Source of the DNA: a virus
Lineage: Duplodnaviria; Heunggongvirae; Uroviricota; Caudoviricetes
Length of the DNA: 6,321 nt
Reading direction: 5' to 3' (one strand)
Virus record (IMG/VR): IMGVR_UViG_2675903396_000007
Part shown: positions 6,315 to 6,321 of the stretch, in pieces
How positions within the stretch are numbered: the stretch's first letter is position 1
Layout of the letters: every line of letters begins with the position of its first letter
Notes under the pieces: model-generated
The model's database searches: none
What the model was told of the DNA's origin: nothing
Seen by the model: the letters and a program-made list of their open reading frames with translations, nothing else
Program-made: the position numbers and the translations under genes

Positions 6315-6321
6315 CGTAACC

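Noticed and set aside
1-6321. Searched for defence systems, toxin-antitoxin pairs, morons, tRNA, CRISPR repeats or insertion elements inserted between structural genes.
   Set aside because: None found; every intergenic gap is 57 bp or less or the genes overlap, and every substantial ORF is accounted for by a lambda head or packaging homologue.

Overview
This window is a contiguous DNA-packaging and head-morphogenesis module of a lambda-like (lambdoid) phage or prophage, encoded entirely on the minus strand. Reading in the direction of transcription (high to low coordinates) it contains: cosN at the right edge, cosB, terminase small subunit (Nu1-like), terminase large subunit (gpA-like), head-tail joining protein (gpW-like), portal (gpB-like), head protease/scaffold (gpC-like, with a nested Nu3-like start), decoration protein (gpD-like), and the first 53 codons of the major capsid protein (gpE-like). 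Calls rest on by-eye alignment of the supplied translations to lambda protein and cos sequences as I recall them; no search or identity computation was run. A 56-nt N-run (5585..5640) interrupts the Nu1/A junction, so both genes are incomplete here and the ORF-track extensions through the Ns are artefacts. I did not find a novel or undescribed system (no defence or cargo genes, no CRISPR, no tRNA, no insertion elements); the genes are tightly packed with overlapping or short junctions. The points worth a second look are the cos architecture at the window edge, an apparent mosaic breakpoint next to cosN, a tandem repeat expansion in the scaffold part of the gpC-like gene, and a perfect palindrome between D and E. 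The plus-strand ORFs in the track all lie antisense to these conserved genes and are treated as spurious.
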